Origin: Patescibacteria group bacterium
GTDB taxonomy: Bacteria; Patescibacteriota; Microgenomatia; UBA1400; MFAQ01
Assembly (NCBI GenBank): GCA_943355005.1
Contig: CALRDV010000005.1
Location: forward strand, 4,999 to 68,998
DNA: 64,000 nucleotides
Direction: 5' to 3'
Each line of letters opens with the position of its first letter. Positions within the stretch are counted from its first letter, which is position 1. The notes under the pieces were generated by a model. That model searched no databases, was not told the DNA's origin, and saw nothing but the letters and a program-made list of their open reading frames with translations. Made by a program: the position numbers and the translations under genes. This document shows positions 51,425-60,566 of this stretch, piece by piece.

Positions 51425-53269
51425 ATGCGTTACTTTTTTCAGATCATTTCAACTATCGCCAAATTCGTTTCTCGCTACCGCATAGAATTTTTACTCTTAC
51501 TTCTTGTCATTCCCGCAATTAGCGATGTTTTTAAAGAAGGTTTTATGCCTATGCATGATGATCTTCAAGTTCTCAGGTTAGTTGAGGTCCACAAGTGTAT
51601 TTTGGATGGTCAGATACCTTGCCGATGGGTTCCGGATGCCGGTTTTGGCTACGGATACCCTCTAATGCAATTTTACCCTCCCATGCCTTATTACCCCATG
51701 GAGCTCATGGTTTTACTGGGGTTTGGATTTTTCTTCCCGGTTAAAGTCATGTTTGCTTTAGCTTTTGTTCTCAGTGCCCTCGGTATGTATTTGCTGGGGA
51801 AGGAGTTTTTTGGAAAATGGGGTGGCATCCTAGCCTCGGTGTTATACGTCTATTCTCCTTATCATTCTGTCGACGTCTATGTCCGTGGTGCTATGAACGA
51901 AGCTTGGGGGATGGTCTGGTTCCCGTTCGTCCTCCTCTACATCTACAGACTTGTCTCCCGCCAAGGCGGGACTCACACCGCCCCGTCATTGCGAGGTACT
52001 CCGTGGCAATCCAGTTTAGCAAAAATTAAATTTCAAGTTAGTTCGGATTTTATTTACCTCAGTATCGCCATAGCTCTTCAGCTTACTTCCCACAATGTTA
52101 TGACTCTCGTATTTGCCCCTACGGCCATTATTTGGGCATTATTCTGGATGTGGAAGCTAAAATCATTTGACAAGATAAAAGACCTCTTCTTCTCTGGCTT
52201 ATTCGCTTTAGGTCTTTCTGCTTTTTTCTTTATTCCTGTCGTGTTGGAGCAGAAATTTGTGCACGTAGACTCTATGACAAGTGGCTATTTTAATTATTTA
52301 GCCCATTTTGCCGACATAAAACAACTTTTTTGGACTAGATTCTGGGGCTATGGTGGTTCTACTTGGGGGCCGGAAGATGGCATGTCTTTCTCTGTCGGTC
52401 ATTTTCAGTGGATCGGCGTTATCCTCGCCGGCACCGTTGCCTCATTAAGACTCTACCGCCTCAAATTTTACAAAAAAAGCTCCGTCATTGCGAGTCTCGT
52501 AGTCGAGCCGAAGCAATCTCAATCCACCAAATCATCCTCATTAAACCTCATGATCCTTTTGACCATCGCTTTTGGTTTTGGTTATGCCTTCCTCACCCAC
52601 AGCCGATCCAGTTTTATATGGGAGAGACTTCCTGTCTTGCAATACGCTCAATTCCCATGGCGCTTGGTCGCTCTAATCGTTTTTTACTTTTCTTTTGCTA
52701 CCGGTTATTTAGCTACCGTCACTCTGCCAAAAATTTTCAAAACGGTTGCCCTTACTACACTTATTGTTAGTATCATTTTATTCAATCTTCCCTTTTTCAA
52801 ATTCGAACGCCATGTCAGAGTGACATTTCAAGAAAAATTGTCCGGACTTTCTTGGGAAAATCAGGTCACTGGAGGTATCTTTGATTATCTCCCGAGGACA
52901 GCTTCCAGACCTCCAGGAGATCCGGCTTTCACTATTCCCATATACATCGAAGGTCAGGGTGGCATTCTCAACTACCGTTCCGGGTCAAATTGGATTACTT
53001 TCGATGCTTATGTTTCTACAGACACTTCCAAAGTTATGATACCTATGTTTACTTTCCAAGGAATAAAAACCAAGGTGGATTCCAAAAAAGTGATTACCGA
53101 AATGGATCCTGACTTAGGCAGAGTTATTTTTAGTCTTGATAAGGGACTTCATCACGTCGAAGCCAAGATTGGCTATACCAAAGTCAGACTTATTTCCGAT
53201 CTATTAACTCTCTTTTCATTCATTCTTTTAATAAAACTACTTCGCGATGATCGAAAACACACCTCCTGA
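51425..53269 (+). CDS. Large polytopic membrane protein (GT-C/YfhO-like) containing two in-frame palindromic-repeat insertions
   Basis: It has about 13 TM helices and a C-terminal beta-rich soluble domain. The repeats at 51984-52014 and 52483-52520 translate to SLRGTPWQSS and SVIASLVVEPKQSQS. Confidence 0.5.
   Translation: MRYFFQIISTIAKFVSRYRIEFLLLLLVIPAISDVFKEGFMPMHDDLQVLRLVEVHKCILDGQIPCRWVPDAGFGYGYPLMQFYPPMPYYPMELMVLLGFGFFFPVKVMFALAFVLSALGMYLLGKEFFGKWGGILASVLYVYSPYHSVDVYVRGAMNEAWGMVWFPFVLLYIYRLVSRQGGTHTAPSLRGTPWQSSLAKIKFQVSSDFIYLSIAIALQLTSHNVMTLVFAPTAIIWALFWMWKLKSFDKIKDLFFSGLFALGLSAFFFIPVVLEQKFVHVDSMTSGYFNYLAHFADIKQLFWTRFWGYGGSTWGPEDGMSFSVGHFQWIGVILAGTVASLRLYRLKFYKKSSVIASLVVEPKQSQSTKSSSLNLMILLTIAFGFGYAFLTHSRSSFIWERLPVLQYAQFPWRLVALIVFYFSFATGYLATVTLPKIFKTVALTTLIVSIILFNLPFFKFERHVRVTFQEKLSGLSWENQVTGGIFDYLPRTASRPPGDPAFTIPIYIEGQGGILNYRSGSNWITFDAYVSTDTSKVMIPMFTFQGIKTKVDSKKVITEMDPDLGRVIFSLDKGLHHVEAKIGYTKVRLISDLLTLFSFILLIKLLRDDRKHTS
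51984..52014 (+). repeat. Palindromic repeat, type 2, inserted in frame in a CDS (a 30-mer identical to the intergenic copy at 12138)
   Basis: The sequence is CGTCATTGCGAGGTACTCCGTGGCAATCCAG. Confidence 0.85.
52483..52520 (+). repeat. Palindromic repeat, type 2, inserted in frame in a CDS
   Basis: The sequence is CGTCATTGCGAGTCTCGTAGTCGAGCCGAAGCAATCTC, and its inner hairpin resembles the copy at 1553. Confidence 0.85.
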
Positions 53270-54725
53270 CGCCCCATCGGTACTTGAAGTCCAAGAAGTA
53301 AAAAGACGGAGTATTTCCGGTGTCCTAGCTCTCATATCTCGTACTTTCATCATTCAAATTATCTCCTTTGTTGCCACCCTTGCTCTTACCATTTTTCTGG
53401 ACCCAAACACTTACGGAATCTTTTATCTTGTTTCTTCGGTCGTCAACTTTATGGCATATTTTTCCGACGTCGGTTTGGCCGCAGCACTAATTCAAAAAAA
53501 GGAAGCTATTACCAAGGAGGATCTCTCCACTACTTTTACTATTCAACAAATATTGGTTCTATCTCTGCTTACCATCTTGTTTGTCTTGTCTCCGATAATT
53601 CAAACTCAGTATCAAATTGATCAGTCAGGGATGTATCTACTTTATGCCATGGGTGTTTCTCTTTTCTTGAGTTCGCTAAAGACAATACCTTCCATCATGT
53701 TGGAACGGGAAATCAAATTCAATAAACTAATTCTTCCCCAAGTTCTGGAAACTCTTGCTTTCAATTTTGTCGCCGTCTTCTTTGCGTGGAAGGGTTTTGG
53801 AGTCACTGCTTTTACTTTTGCTGTTCTCGCAAGGGGAGTTGTCGGTCTGATTGCTTTATATATTGTCTACCCATGGAAGCCAATTTTCGGCATCAATCGC
53901 TCCTCGCTTTCTCATTTACTAAAGTTTGGTTTACCATACCAAGTAAATACATTTTTAGCTGTATTGAAAGATGATGGTATGACGATTATTCTGACCAGAA
54001 TAATTGGAACACAGGGACTGGGCTATATTGGTTGGGCCTCCCGGTGGGCCGGTTTACCTCTAAGAATTGTGATGGATAACTTGACTAGAGTTTCCTTCCC
54101 AACTTTTGCGAGACTCCAGCACGACAAAGAGAGATTGGCTAAAGCCGTCGAGATTAGTCTTAAATATATGTGTCTTTTAACTTTTCCGATTCTTGCCGGG
54201 ATGGGTTTCCTGGCTTTGCCCATGACCCACTTGATTCCACGGTACGCCAAATGGCTTCCGGCCATTATTCCTCTTTACCTATATCTGTACAATTCTGCTT
54301 GGGCCAGCATTAGCACCAGTCTGACAAATCTACTAAATGCTACCGGTCATATAAAATCTACTTTCAAACTCATGCTTATGTGGACAGGTCTCACTTGGGC
54401 CATTATGCCAATATTGTCGATTAAATTTGGGTATATGGGAGTTGCTTTTGCTACCGGAATTATTGCCACTTCTTCCATAGTCACCATTATTATGGCCAAA
54501 CAACATGTCAACTTTAGTATGATAAATATAGTTAGAACTCCTCTTCTCGGATTACTTCCCATGATCTTCTGGCTCTACTTGTCAGTCGGCTCTATCGGTT
54601 CATACACTACCTTGGTCGGCATCATCATTACTTCTGCTATCATTTATTTTGGTTCAATATATATTTTGGAAGGCAAATTATTTTTTACGGATACGCTTAG
54701 TTACTTCAAGATCAAACATGTTTAG
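53247..54725 (+). CDS. Polysaccharide biosynthesis flippase (MOP superfamily, Wzx-like)
   Basis: It has 12-14 TM helices. The N-terminal MOP-type helices carry Arg/Lys (ISRTFIIQIISFVATLALT), and the size of 492 aa fits. Confidence 0.65.
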   Translation: MIENTPPDAPSVLEVQEVKRRSISGVLALISRTFIIQIISFVATLALTIFLDPNTYGIFYLVSSVVNFMAYFSDVGLAAALIQKKEAITKEDLSTTFTIQQILVLSLLTILFVLSPIIQTQYQIDQSGMYLLYAMGVSLFLSSLKTIPSIMLEREIKFNKLILPQVLETLAFNFVAVFFAWKGFGVTAFTFAVLARGVVGLIALYIVYPWKPIFGINRSSLSHLLKFGLPYQVNTFLAVLKDDGMTIILTRIIGTQGLGYIGWASRWAGLPLRIVMDNLTRVSFPTFARLQHDKERLAKAVEISLKYMCLLTFPILAGMGFLALPMTHLIPRYAKWLPAIIPLYLYLYNSAWASISTSLTNLLNATGHIKSTFKLMLMWTGLTWAIMPILSIKFGYMGVAFATGIIATSSIVTIIMAKQHVNFSMINIVRTPLLGLLPMIFWLYLSVGSIGSYTTLVGIIITSAIIYFGSIYILEGKLFFTDTLSYFKIKHV

Positions 54726-57700
54726 AAAACTATTAGTCATAGTCGCCATTATTTTCTTCAGTCTGCCCGGAAAAGCTTCAGCATTCAAGGCAGATACTTT
54801 TGTGACTTTTGCGAATCCTGTCCGCGGTCCGGAAAATTGGCAAGCGGGAAAGCAAGATCCCCTGGCTCTTCCGAAGTTTCAGTATGCCGAGTCTACTCCC
54901 TCCGCTTACCCCATCACCTGGCTACTTCGCTACGATGCAGTCCGAGATTCAACGATGTCCGCTTTTTTCAAGACTCTTTCGGAATCCGACAAGACTCAAA
55001 CCTTAGGTGCCTTTTTGGAGATTACTCCAAAGCTAGCGAGTGATTCGGATGTTTCATACCCTGCCGGCACTACTCCATTCAATGCCAATCGAATTTTCCT
55101 TTCCGGCTACACGACAGACCAAAGGACCAATCTGATCGACACCTTCATGGCAGCTTTCTTTGTGGAGTTCGGTTACTACCCTAAGTCGGTAGGGGCTTGG
55201 CACCTGGATAGTTATAGTCTGCAGTATCTTCAATCAAGATATTCCGTCCTTACTGCCATGAACTGCGACGACCAATACTCTACGGATAATTACCGGATTT
55301 GGGGAGGGTACTTGGGTAGTCCTTATTTCCCTGACAAAAACAATTCCTTAATTCCTGCGAACTCCTCTTCCAATCGAATCAATCTAGCTATGGTTCGCTG
55401 GGCTCAGCGTGATCTCTTTAACTTTTATGGATACCGATCCGAATCTTCTTACTCCGTACAGGTAAACGATTATCTGGCTCAAGGTCAAAACACCAAGTAT
55501 TTCGAAAAACTTTTAGGTCAATATTCTCAGAAGAAAATGAACGAGTTTACCTATATCAATATTGGTCTGGAAAACGACCACAGTCTACTTGAATACAAGT
55601 CCGAAATAAAAAATGTCTACAAACTACTCATTGCCAATCAGGGGACGTACAATCTCCGATTTACCTCTCTTTCTGATTTCGGTGATTGGTTCAAAGCTCG
55701 TTATCCGGAGAGCTCTCCGGCTTATTACTACGAGTCTACGGACCCACTCAGTGCCAGGTCGGGTAAGGTCTACTGGTACCAAAGTCCTTGGTATCGCATT
55801 GGCTTCAAATCCGAAAACGGTAGTACTAAAATCGTTGATTTCCGAGTCTACAATCGCAATGTTTTTGAGGATTATCTCCATACCCCAAATCAAGGTTTAA
55901 ATCTCTATCAGGAGATTCCGGCAGTCATCGATTCCGTCAAATGGCCAGGTACCGAAGCAGTATTGAGCTTTGATATGGAAAAAGCGACCTTTGTTTACTC
56001 GAAGCAGTGGGATTATTGGCAAGTTGCCTTTAAGTCCGGAAATCAAACTCTCACATTGTATCCAGACAAAATTTCCTTCACCGGTTTTTCGGCACCGTCA
56101 ATTTCATCCAAAGACGTAAAGTCTGTTTCCAAGAAAGACACTACCACCTGGGAACTAACTCCTTTCACGCCATTCCAAAAAACTTCCAAATTCACCTGGC
56201 TCTTCTGGCTAGTGGTTATCATTGCCGTGATCAAAATCATCAAAAGATTTAAAAATCCTCCTACTTCGTCATTGCGAGATTCGGTACACCGAACCGAAGC
56301 AATCTCGTCCACAAAAACATCCGTCATTGCGAGGATATTCCCGAAGCAATCTAGCTCATCAACCACTCCAGTATCCGTCATTGCGAGGAGCGAAGTGACG
56401 TGGCAATCCAGGAATTTACTTTTCGGCATTATCATCGCCCTCCTCGCCACCCTTACCGTCCTCCGAAACGGACTCCTTTATCCTTTTGGTATGGGTTTCT
56501 GGGGACCAAATGGACACGACGCCATTTTTCATCTTTCTCTAATCGAAAAATTCGCCACCAACCCCTTTAGTTTTGTTCACCCGCAAATTGCAGGGGAGAA
56601 GATAGCCAATTATCACTTTATTTTTGATTTTATTTCCGGACTTATTGTTAAACTCTTTGGAATATCATCTATTGATCTCTATTTTCGGATTTTCCCTGTC
56701 ATTGCCGGTATCGCTATCGTGTTTCTTCTTGATAAGCTTTTAAAACTCTGGAACTACAACGCTCAAGAAAGATTGCTAGCGATTTTTCTAGCCTTTTTAG
56801 CCGGTTCATTTGGCTTTATCTCCAAGCTCTTTGTGGGGCAGAGTATTTTTGCCGGGGAATCATCTTTCTGGTCCAATCAGTCTGTTTCCATATTTCTAAA
56901 CCCTCCCTACGCCCTCTCACTAATTGTGCTGTTAATTTTTTTACTTCAACTTTCTCGTCATTCCGGGCTTGACCCGGAATCCAGAAATTTGTCATTGCGA
57001 GGAGGTAATCCGACGTGGCAATCTACATCCATCAACCGCCATGATTATTTTCCCCTCATCCTCCTTGGCGCCCTCCTAGCCCAAACAAAAATTTACGCCT
57101 TTATCCTGCTTCTCGGCGCTCTACTATTTTCTAAGAGATACAAGCTCTTTATCGGAGTATTGGTATTAGGTGTTCTTATTTCTTTGCCCTTCACGACTCT
57201 TGGTGGACCGTCTCCGTTTCTTTTCTCACCTCTTTGGTTCCCCAGAAGTCTTTTTGCTTCTTTTGATCGCATGTATTGGCCACAGTTGGTTCAAGCTTGG
57301 CAAGCATACGAGGCTTCAGCGAATTTTGTAAAGTTGGCCTTAGTAAATCTTTTTGCTCTCGTAATTTTTCTTGTAGGCAATCTAGGAATGAGATGTTTTG
57401 GCTTATTGGAAGTAATTAAGACTAAGTCACAATCTGTCTCAGAATCTCTTGTCCGATGGATAATTCTTTTCGGCCTTATCACCCCCATACTTTTTGTCCA
57501 GAATATCAATCCCTGGAACACTATCCAGTTTATGTATTATTCTCTCTTTTTCTTAGCCCTCTTCACTGCCAAGTGGCTTTCAAAACAAAATATATTACTT
57601 TTTCTACCATTGGTATTTCTTGCCACTCTCACCTCCATTGGCACTCTCCAAGACTACATCGGTTTTTTCTCTGCTTCCAGAATTAGTTATTCCGAGCTCT

Positions 57701-58086
57701 TGGCTCTAGACAAATTAAGAGACCAATCAAAAGGAATTGTCCTGGCTCCGCTTTTTAATCAAGCCGAGTCAGGCGCAATTTTTGCCCCCAAGCCTTTGTA
57801 TTCTTATGTTTCCACGGCATATATCTCAGGATTGTCAGGTCAGCCTGAATATCTGGCAGACACAATAAATCTAGACATTACCGGCTTCAACTACACAGAC
57901 CAAGCTAGAGATATTCAACGCTTCTATGTGACAGGGGATAAGCAATGGGCTTTGGATTTCTTATCCAAGAACAAGATTAAATACGTCTACGAAACCCCAC
58001 TCCGGAAAATACATTTAGCTCCGGAGGATCTCAAACTCAAGAAAATCTTTGACTCAGGAGAAATAAACGTATATAAATTTAACTAA
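54718..58086 (+). CDS. Very large envelope protein: a periplasmic N-terminal domain of about 500 aa plus a polytopic membrane domain, containing five in-frame palindromic-repeat insertions
   Basis: The start was taken at MFRKLLVIVAIIFFSLPGKASA (a signal peptide), because the ORF start at 54649 overlaps the flippase gene. The repeats at 56267-56412 and 56956-57025 translate as SSLRDSVHRTEAISS, SVIARIFPKQSSS, SVIARSEVTWQSR, RHSGLDPESR and LSLRGGNPTWQST. Confidence 0.5.
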   Translation: MFRKLLVIVAIIFFSLPGKASAFKADTFVTFANPVRGPENWQAGKQDPLALPKFQYAESTPSAYPITWLLRYDAVRDSTMSAFFKTLSESDKTQTLGAFLEITPKLASDSDVSYPAGTTPFNANRIFLSGYTTDQRTNLIDTFMAAFFVEFGYYPKSVGAWHLDSYSLQYLQSRYSVLTAMNCDDQYSTDNYRIWGGYLGSPYFPDKNNSLIPANSSSNRINLAMVRWAQRDLFNFYGYRSESSYSVQVNDYLAQGQNTKYFEKLLGQYSQKKMNEFTYINIGLENDHSLLEYKSEIKNVYKLLIANQGTYNLRFTSLSDFGDWFKARYPESSPAYYYESTDPLSARSGKVYWYQSPWYRIGFKSENGSTKIVDFRVYNRNVFEDYLHTPNQGLNLYQEIPAVIDSVKWPGTEAVLSFDMEKATFVYSKQWDYWQVAFKSGNQTLTLYPDKISFTGFSAPSISSKDVKSVSKKDTTTWELTPFTPFQKTSKFTWLFWLVVIIAVIKIIKRFKNPPTSSLRDSVHRTEAISSTKTSVIARIFPKQSSSSTTPVSVIARSEVTWQSRNLLFGIIIALLATLTVLRNGLLYPFGMGFWGPNGHDAIFHLSLIEKFATNPFSFVHPQIAGEKIANYHFIFDFISGLIVKLFGISSIDLYFRIFPVIAGIAIVFLLDKLLKLWNYNAQERLLAIFLAFLAGSFGFISKLFVGQSIFAGESSFWSNQSVSIFLNPPYALSLIVLLIFLLQLSRHSGLDPESRNLSLRGGNPTWQSTSINRHDYFPLILLGALLAQTKIYAFILLLGALLFSKRYKLFIGVLVLGVLISLPFTTLGGPSPFLFSPLWFPRSLFASFDRMYWPQLVQAWQAYEASANFVKLALVNLFALVIFLVGNLGMRCFGLLEVIKTKSQSVSESLVRWIILFGLITPILFVQNINPWNTIQFMYYSLFFLALFTAKWLSKQNILLFLPLVFLATLTSIGTLQDYIGFFSASRISYSELLALDKLRDQSKGIVLAPLFNQAESGAIFAPKPLYSYVSTAYISGLSGQPEYLADTINLDITGFNYTDQARDIQRFYVTGDKQWALDFLSKNKIKYVYETPLRKIHLAPEDLKLKKIFDSGEINVYKFN
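56267..56412 (+). repeat. Three tandem type 2 palindromic repeats in frame within a CDS
   Basis: The copies lie at 56267-56306, 56322-56354 and 56376-56412. Confidence 0.85.
56956..57025 (+). repeat. Type 1 plus type 2 palindromic repeats in tandem, in frame within a CDS
   Basis: 56956-56984 is CGTCATTCCGGGCTTGACCCGGAATCCAG. 56990-57025 is GTCATTGCGAGGAGGTAATCCGACGTGGCAATCTAC. Confidence 0.85.
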
Positions 58087-58089
58087 TAC

Positions 58090-59007
58090 ATGTCAAAAAC
58101 GAAAATCTCAGCTGTCGTCAATACACGCAATGAAGCGGATAATATTTTTGATTGTCTAAAAACTTTGGGTTTTTGCGATGAGATCGTGGTGGTTGATATG
58201 GAATCTGAGGATAATACAAAAGAAATAGCCAAGGAGTTTACAGATCGCATTTATGATCACAAGAAAACAGGCTTTGTTGAACCTGCCAGAAACTTTGCTA
58301 TCAAAAAAGCACTTGGGGATTGGATACTTATTGTCGATGCAGACGAGAGAATCCCAAAATCTTTAGCTGTTAAGCTAATCGAAATCGCCAATCTGGACCA
58401 AGCGGATTTTGTCAGGGTCCCCAGAAAAAATATTGTTTTTGGTCAATGGCTTCAGCATTCTCGTTGGTGGCCGGATTACAATATCCGCTTCTTCAAAAAA
58501 GATTCTGTCGAGTGGCAGGAAGAAATTCACTCTGTTCCTATTACGTATGGCAATGGTCTAAATTTGGAGCAAGAATCGGCGATGGCGATAGAGCATCACC
58601 ATTACAGAAGTATCGATGAATACTTTGTTCGTTCTCTTCGATACTCAAATCAACAAGCAAAAGAGCTTATTGAATCGGGTTACAAATTCGAGGCTGCCGA
58701 TTTAATTAAGAAACCCATGGGTGAATTTCTTTCCCGTTTTTTTGCAGGAGAAGGTTACAAGGATGGTCTTCATGGTTTGATAGTTGCCATGCTGCAGTTT
58801 TTCTCCATTTTACTTATCTATCTCAAGGTTTGGCAGTTTGAGGAGCGAAAGCCTATCAAAGGACGCGAGTTTACCCGTGTTTGGCAAGCAGCGTTTTTGG
58901 ATAAATTCAAAGAATTCCGATACTGGTATTTAACTGTTCTCATTCAGAATTCACGCTCAAAAACCGAGGCATTTTTCCTCAAGCTCCGTCGCCGTCTCCA
59001 AAAATAA
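58090..59007 (+). CDS. Glycosyltransferase family 2
   Basis: It has ISAVVNTRNEADNI, VVVDMESEDNT and IVDADERI (DxD). Confidence 0.75.
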   Translation: MSKTKISAVVNTRNEADNIFDCLKTLGFCDEIVVVDMESEDNTKEIAKEFTDRIYDHKKTGFVEPARNFAIKKALGDWILIVDADERIPKSLAVKLIEIANLDQADFVRVPRKNIVFGQWLQHSRWWPDYNIRFFKKDSVEWQEEIHSVPITYGNGLNLEQESAMAIEHHHYRSIDEYFVRSLRYSNQQAKELIESGYKFEAADLIKKPMGEFLSRFFAGEGYKDGLHGLIVAMLQFFSILLIYLKVWQFEERKPIKGREFTRVWQAAFLDKFKEFRYWYLTVLIQNSRSKTEAFFLKLRRRLQK

Positions 59008-59024
59008 GTTGCTATACTGAAAGC

Positions 59025-59240
59025 ATGATCACAAATGATGAGTTTTCAAAGTTAAGATCCATAATCAAAGAAGAAGCAAATACGGCACTTGAAGAAAAAC
59101 TAAAACCTATCCACAAAAAACTAAATAAGATAGATAGAGATCTGAAAGCCACAAATCACTATTTTGACGGTCGTATTATTGGTCACGAAAAAAGAATCAC
59201 CAAGATCGAGTCACACCTAAATATCTCGACAATATTATAG
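59025..59240 (+). CDS. Hypothetical small coiled-coil protein
   Basis: 71 aa with a charged heptad-like pattern. The call rests on the ORF only. Confidence 0.25.
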   Translation: MITNDEFSKLRSIIKEEANTALEEKLKPIHKKLNKIDRDLKATNHYFDGRIIGHEKRITKIESHLNISTIL

Positions 59241-59246
59241 TTCACC

Positions 59247-59618
59247 ATGCAAAACAAGGAATTGTTTCCGGGCGAACCCCCGGCATCTTTGTATATATCT
59301 ACAGTGGAGTTTCCGGACGGTATCGAGTTTCTAGTATTCGAAAAAGATGGACGGTTTAGAGAAGGAAAAGATACTTTAAGGATTCTCGATAAGTATATTT
59401 CAAAAATACCCTCTTCTTGGGTAAGCTACCCGGATTCCATCAAGCGAGTTTTATACTCCATGGACAGACTTGGTTTAATGCCGGAAACATTTTACGGACA
59501 AGTTAATTATTACTTTATTTATTGGATAAAAATCGAGATAAATGAGTCTCAATTAACATTATATTTTACCGAAAGTGGCTCTCCGGAAAGGTGGTCACTC
59601 AAGAGTGAGGGTAAATAG
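59247..59618 (+). CDS. Hypothetical protein
   Basis: 123 aa with no recognisable motifs. It is co-directional and closely spaced with its neighbours. Confidence 0.3.
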   Translation: MQNKELFPGEPPASLYISTVEFPDGIEFLVFEKDGRFREGKDTLRILDKYISKIPSSWVSYPDSIKRVLYSMDRLGLMPETFYGQVNYYFIYWIKIEINESQLTLYFTESGSPERWSLKSEGK

Positions 59619-59634
59619 AATATAATAAGGCTAG

Positions 59635-60564
59635 ATGAAAATAGCTTTTATTACGGTTAACTTTCACAGTGACGAGGACACTATAGAGGTTGTTTCTCAG
59701 CTTGAGAAGAATGTTTTGCCAAAAGATACCGAGATGACCATCTACTGTGTCGACAACTCCGTTTCCCATGAACTCAAGGAAAGTCTTTCAAAATACCCCC
59801 ATTCTGTCTACCTAAATTCTCCCGGCAATATCGGGTTCGCTGCCGGCAACAATATTGGCTTTAAGCAGGCAATAAAAGACAAGGTCGATATTATCGTTCT
59901 GATAAACAACGATACTGTCGTTCCTTCAGATCTGGTACAGAATATTTTAAATTCTCCAATAGAAAGGGACGATATTGGCGTCGTTGGAGGGCTCATTTAT
60001 TTTGCCAAGGGTTTTGAATTTCACGCTAACTACAAGTCATCGGATCTTGGCAAAGTCATTTGGTATGCCGGGGGCAAACATGATTGGAACAATGTCTACG
60101 CCAGCCATGTCGGAGTAGACGAAGTCGACAAAGGTCAGTACGACAAAATCAGAGACACGGATTTTGTTACCGGTTGTTTGTTCATAGTTCGTAGAGAGGT
60201 TCTGGAAACAGTGGGTTTGTTTGACGAACGATATTGTTTGTATTTCGAAGACTCCGATCTTTGTGCTCGCATCAAAAAAGCCGGCTTCCGGCTTGTTGTA
60301 GATCCACAAGTTAAGCTTTGGCACAAAGTGGCCCAAAGTTCAGGTATCGGCTCTCCCTTAAATGATTACTTTTTAACTCGCAACCGTTTACTTTTTGGGA
60401 CTACGTACGCCACAGCAAGAACCAGGTTTGCTCTCATCAGAGAAGCCATCAAAAAATTATTCAGCGGCACTCCGGCCCAAAAAATTGCCGTCAGAGATTT
60501 TTTCACCGGCAATTTAGGATGGGGTAGCTGGAACAAAAAAGTATCACTGCCGATTAAACAATAA
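59635..60564 (+). CDS. Glycosyltransferase family 2 (rhamnosyltransferase-like)
   Basis: It has IAFITVNFHSDEDT, VLINNDTVV, YFEDSDLCARIKKAGF and a GT2 fold. Confidence 0.8.
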   Translation: MKIAFITVNFHSDEDTIEVVSQLEKNVLPKDTEMTIYCVDNSVSHELKESLSKYPHSVYLNSPGNIGFAAGNNIGFKQAIKDKVDIIVLINNDTVVPSDLVQNILNSPIERDDIGVVGGLIYFAKGFEFHANYKSSDLGKVIWYAGGKHDWNNVYASHVGVDEVDKGQYDKIRDTDFVTGCLFIVRREVLETVGLFDERYCLYFEDSDLCARIKKAGFRLVVDPQVKLWHKVAQSSGIGSPLNDYFLTRNRLLFGTTYATARTRFALIREAIKKLFSGTPAQKIAVRDFFTGNLGWGSWNKKVSLPIKQ

Positions 60565-60566
60565 AT

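Noticed and set aside
56043-56450. A minus-strand 135-aa ORF overlapping the three-copy repeat tandem
   Set aside because: This is the same palindromic-repeat artefact as at 14327-14605, and it is internal to a long plus-strand ORF.
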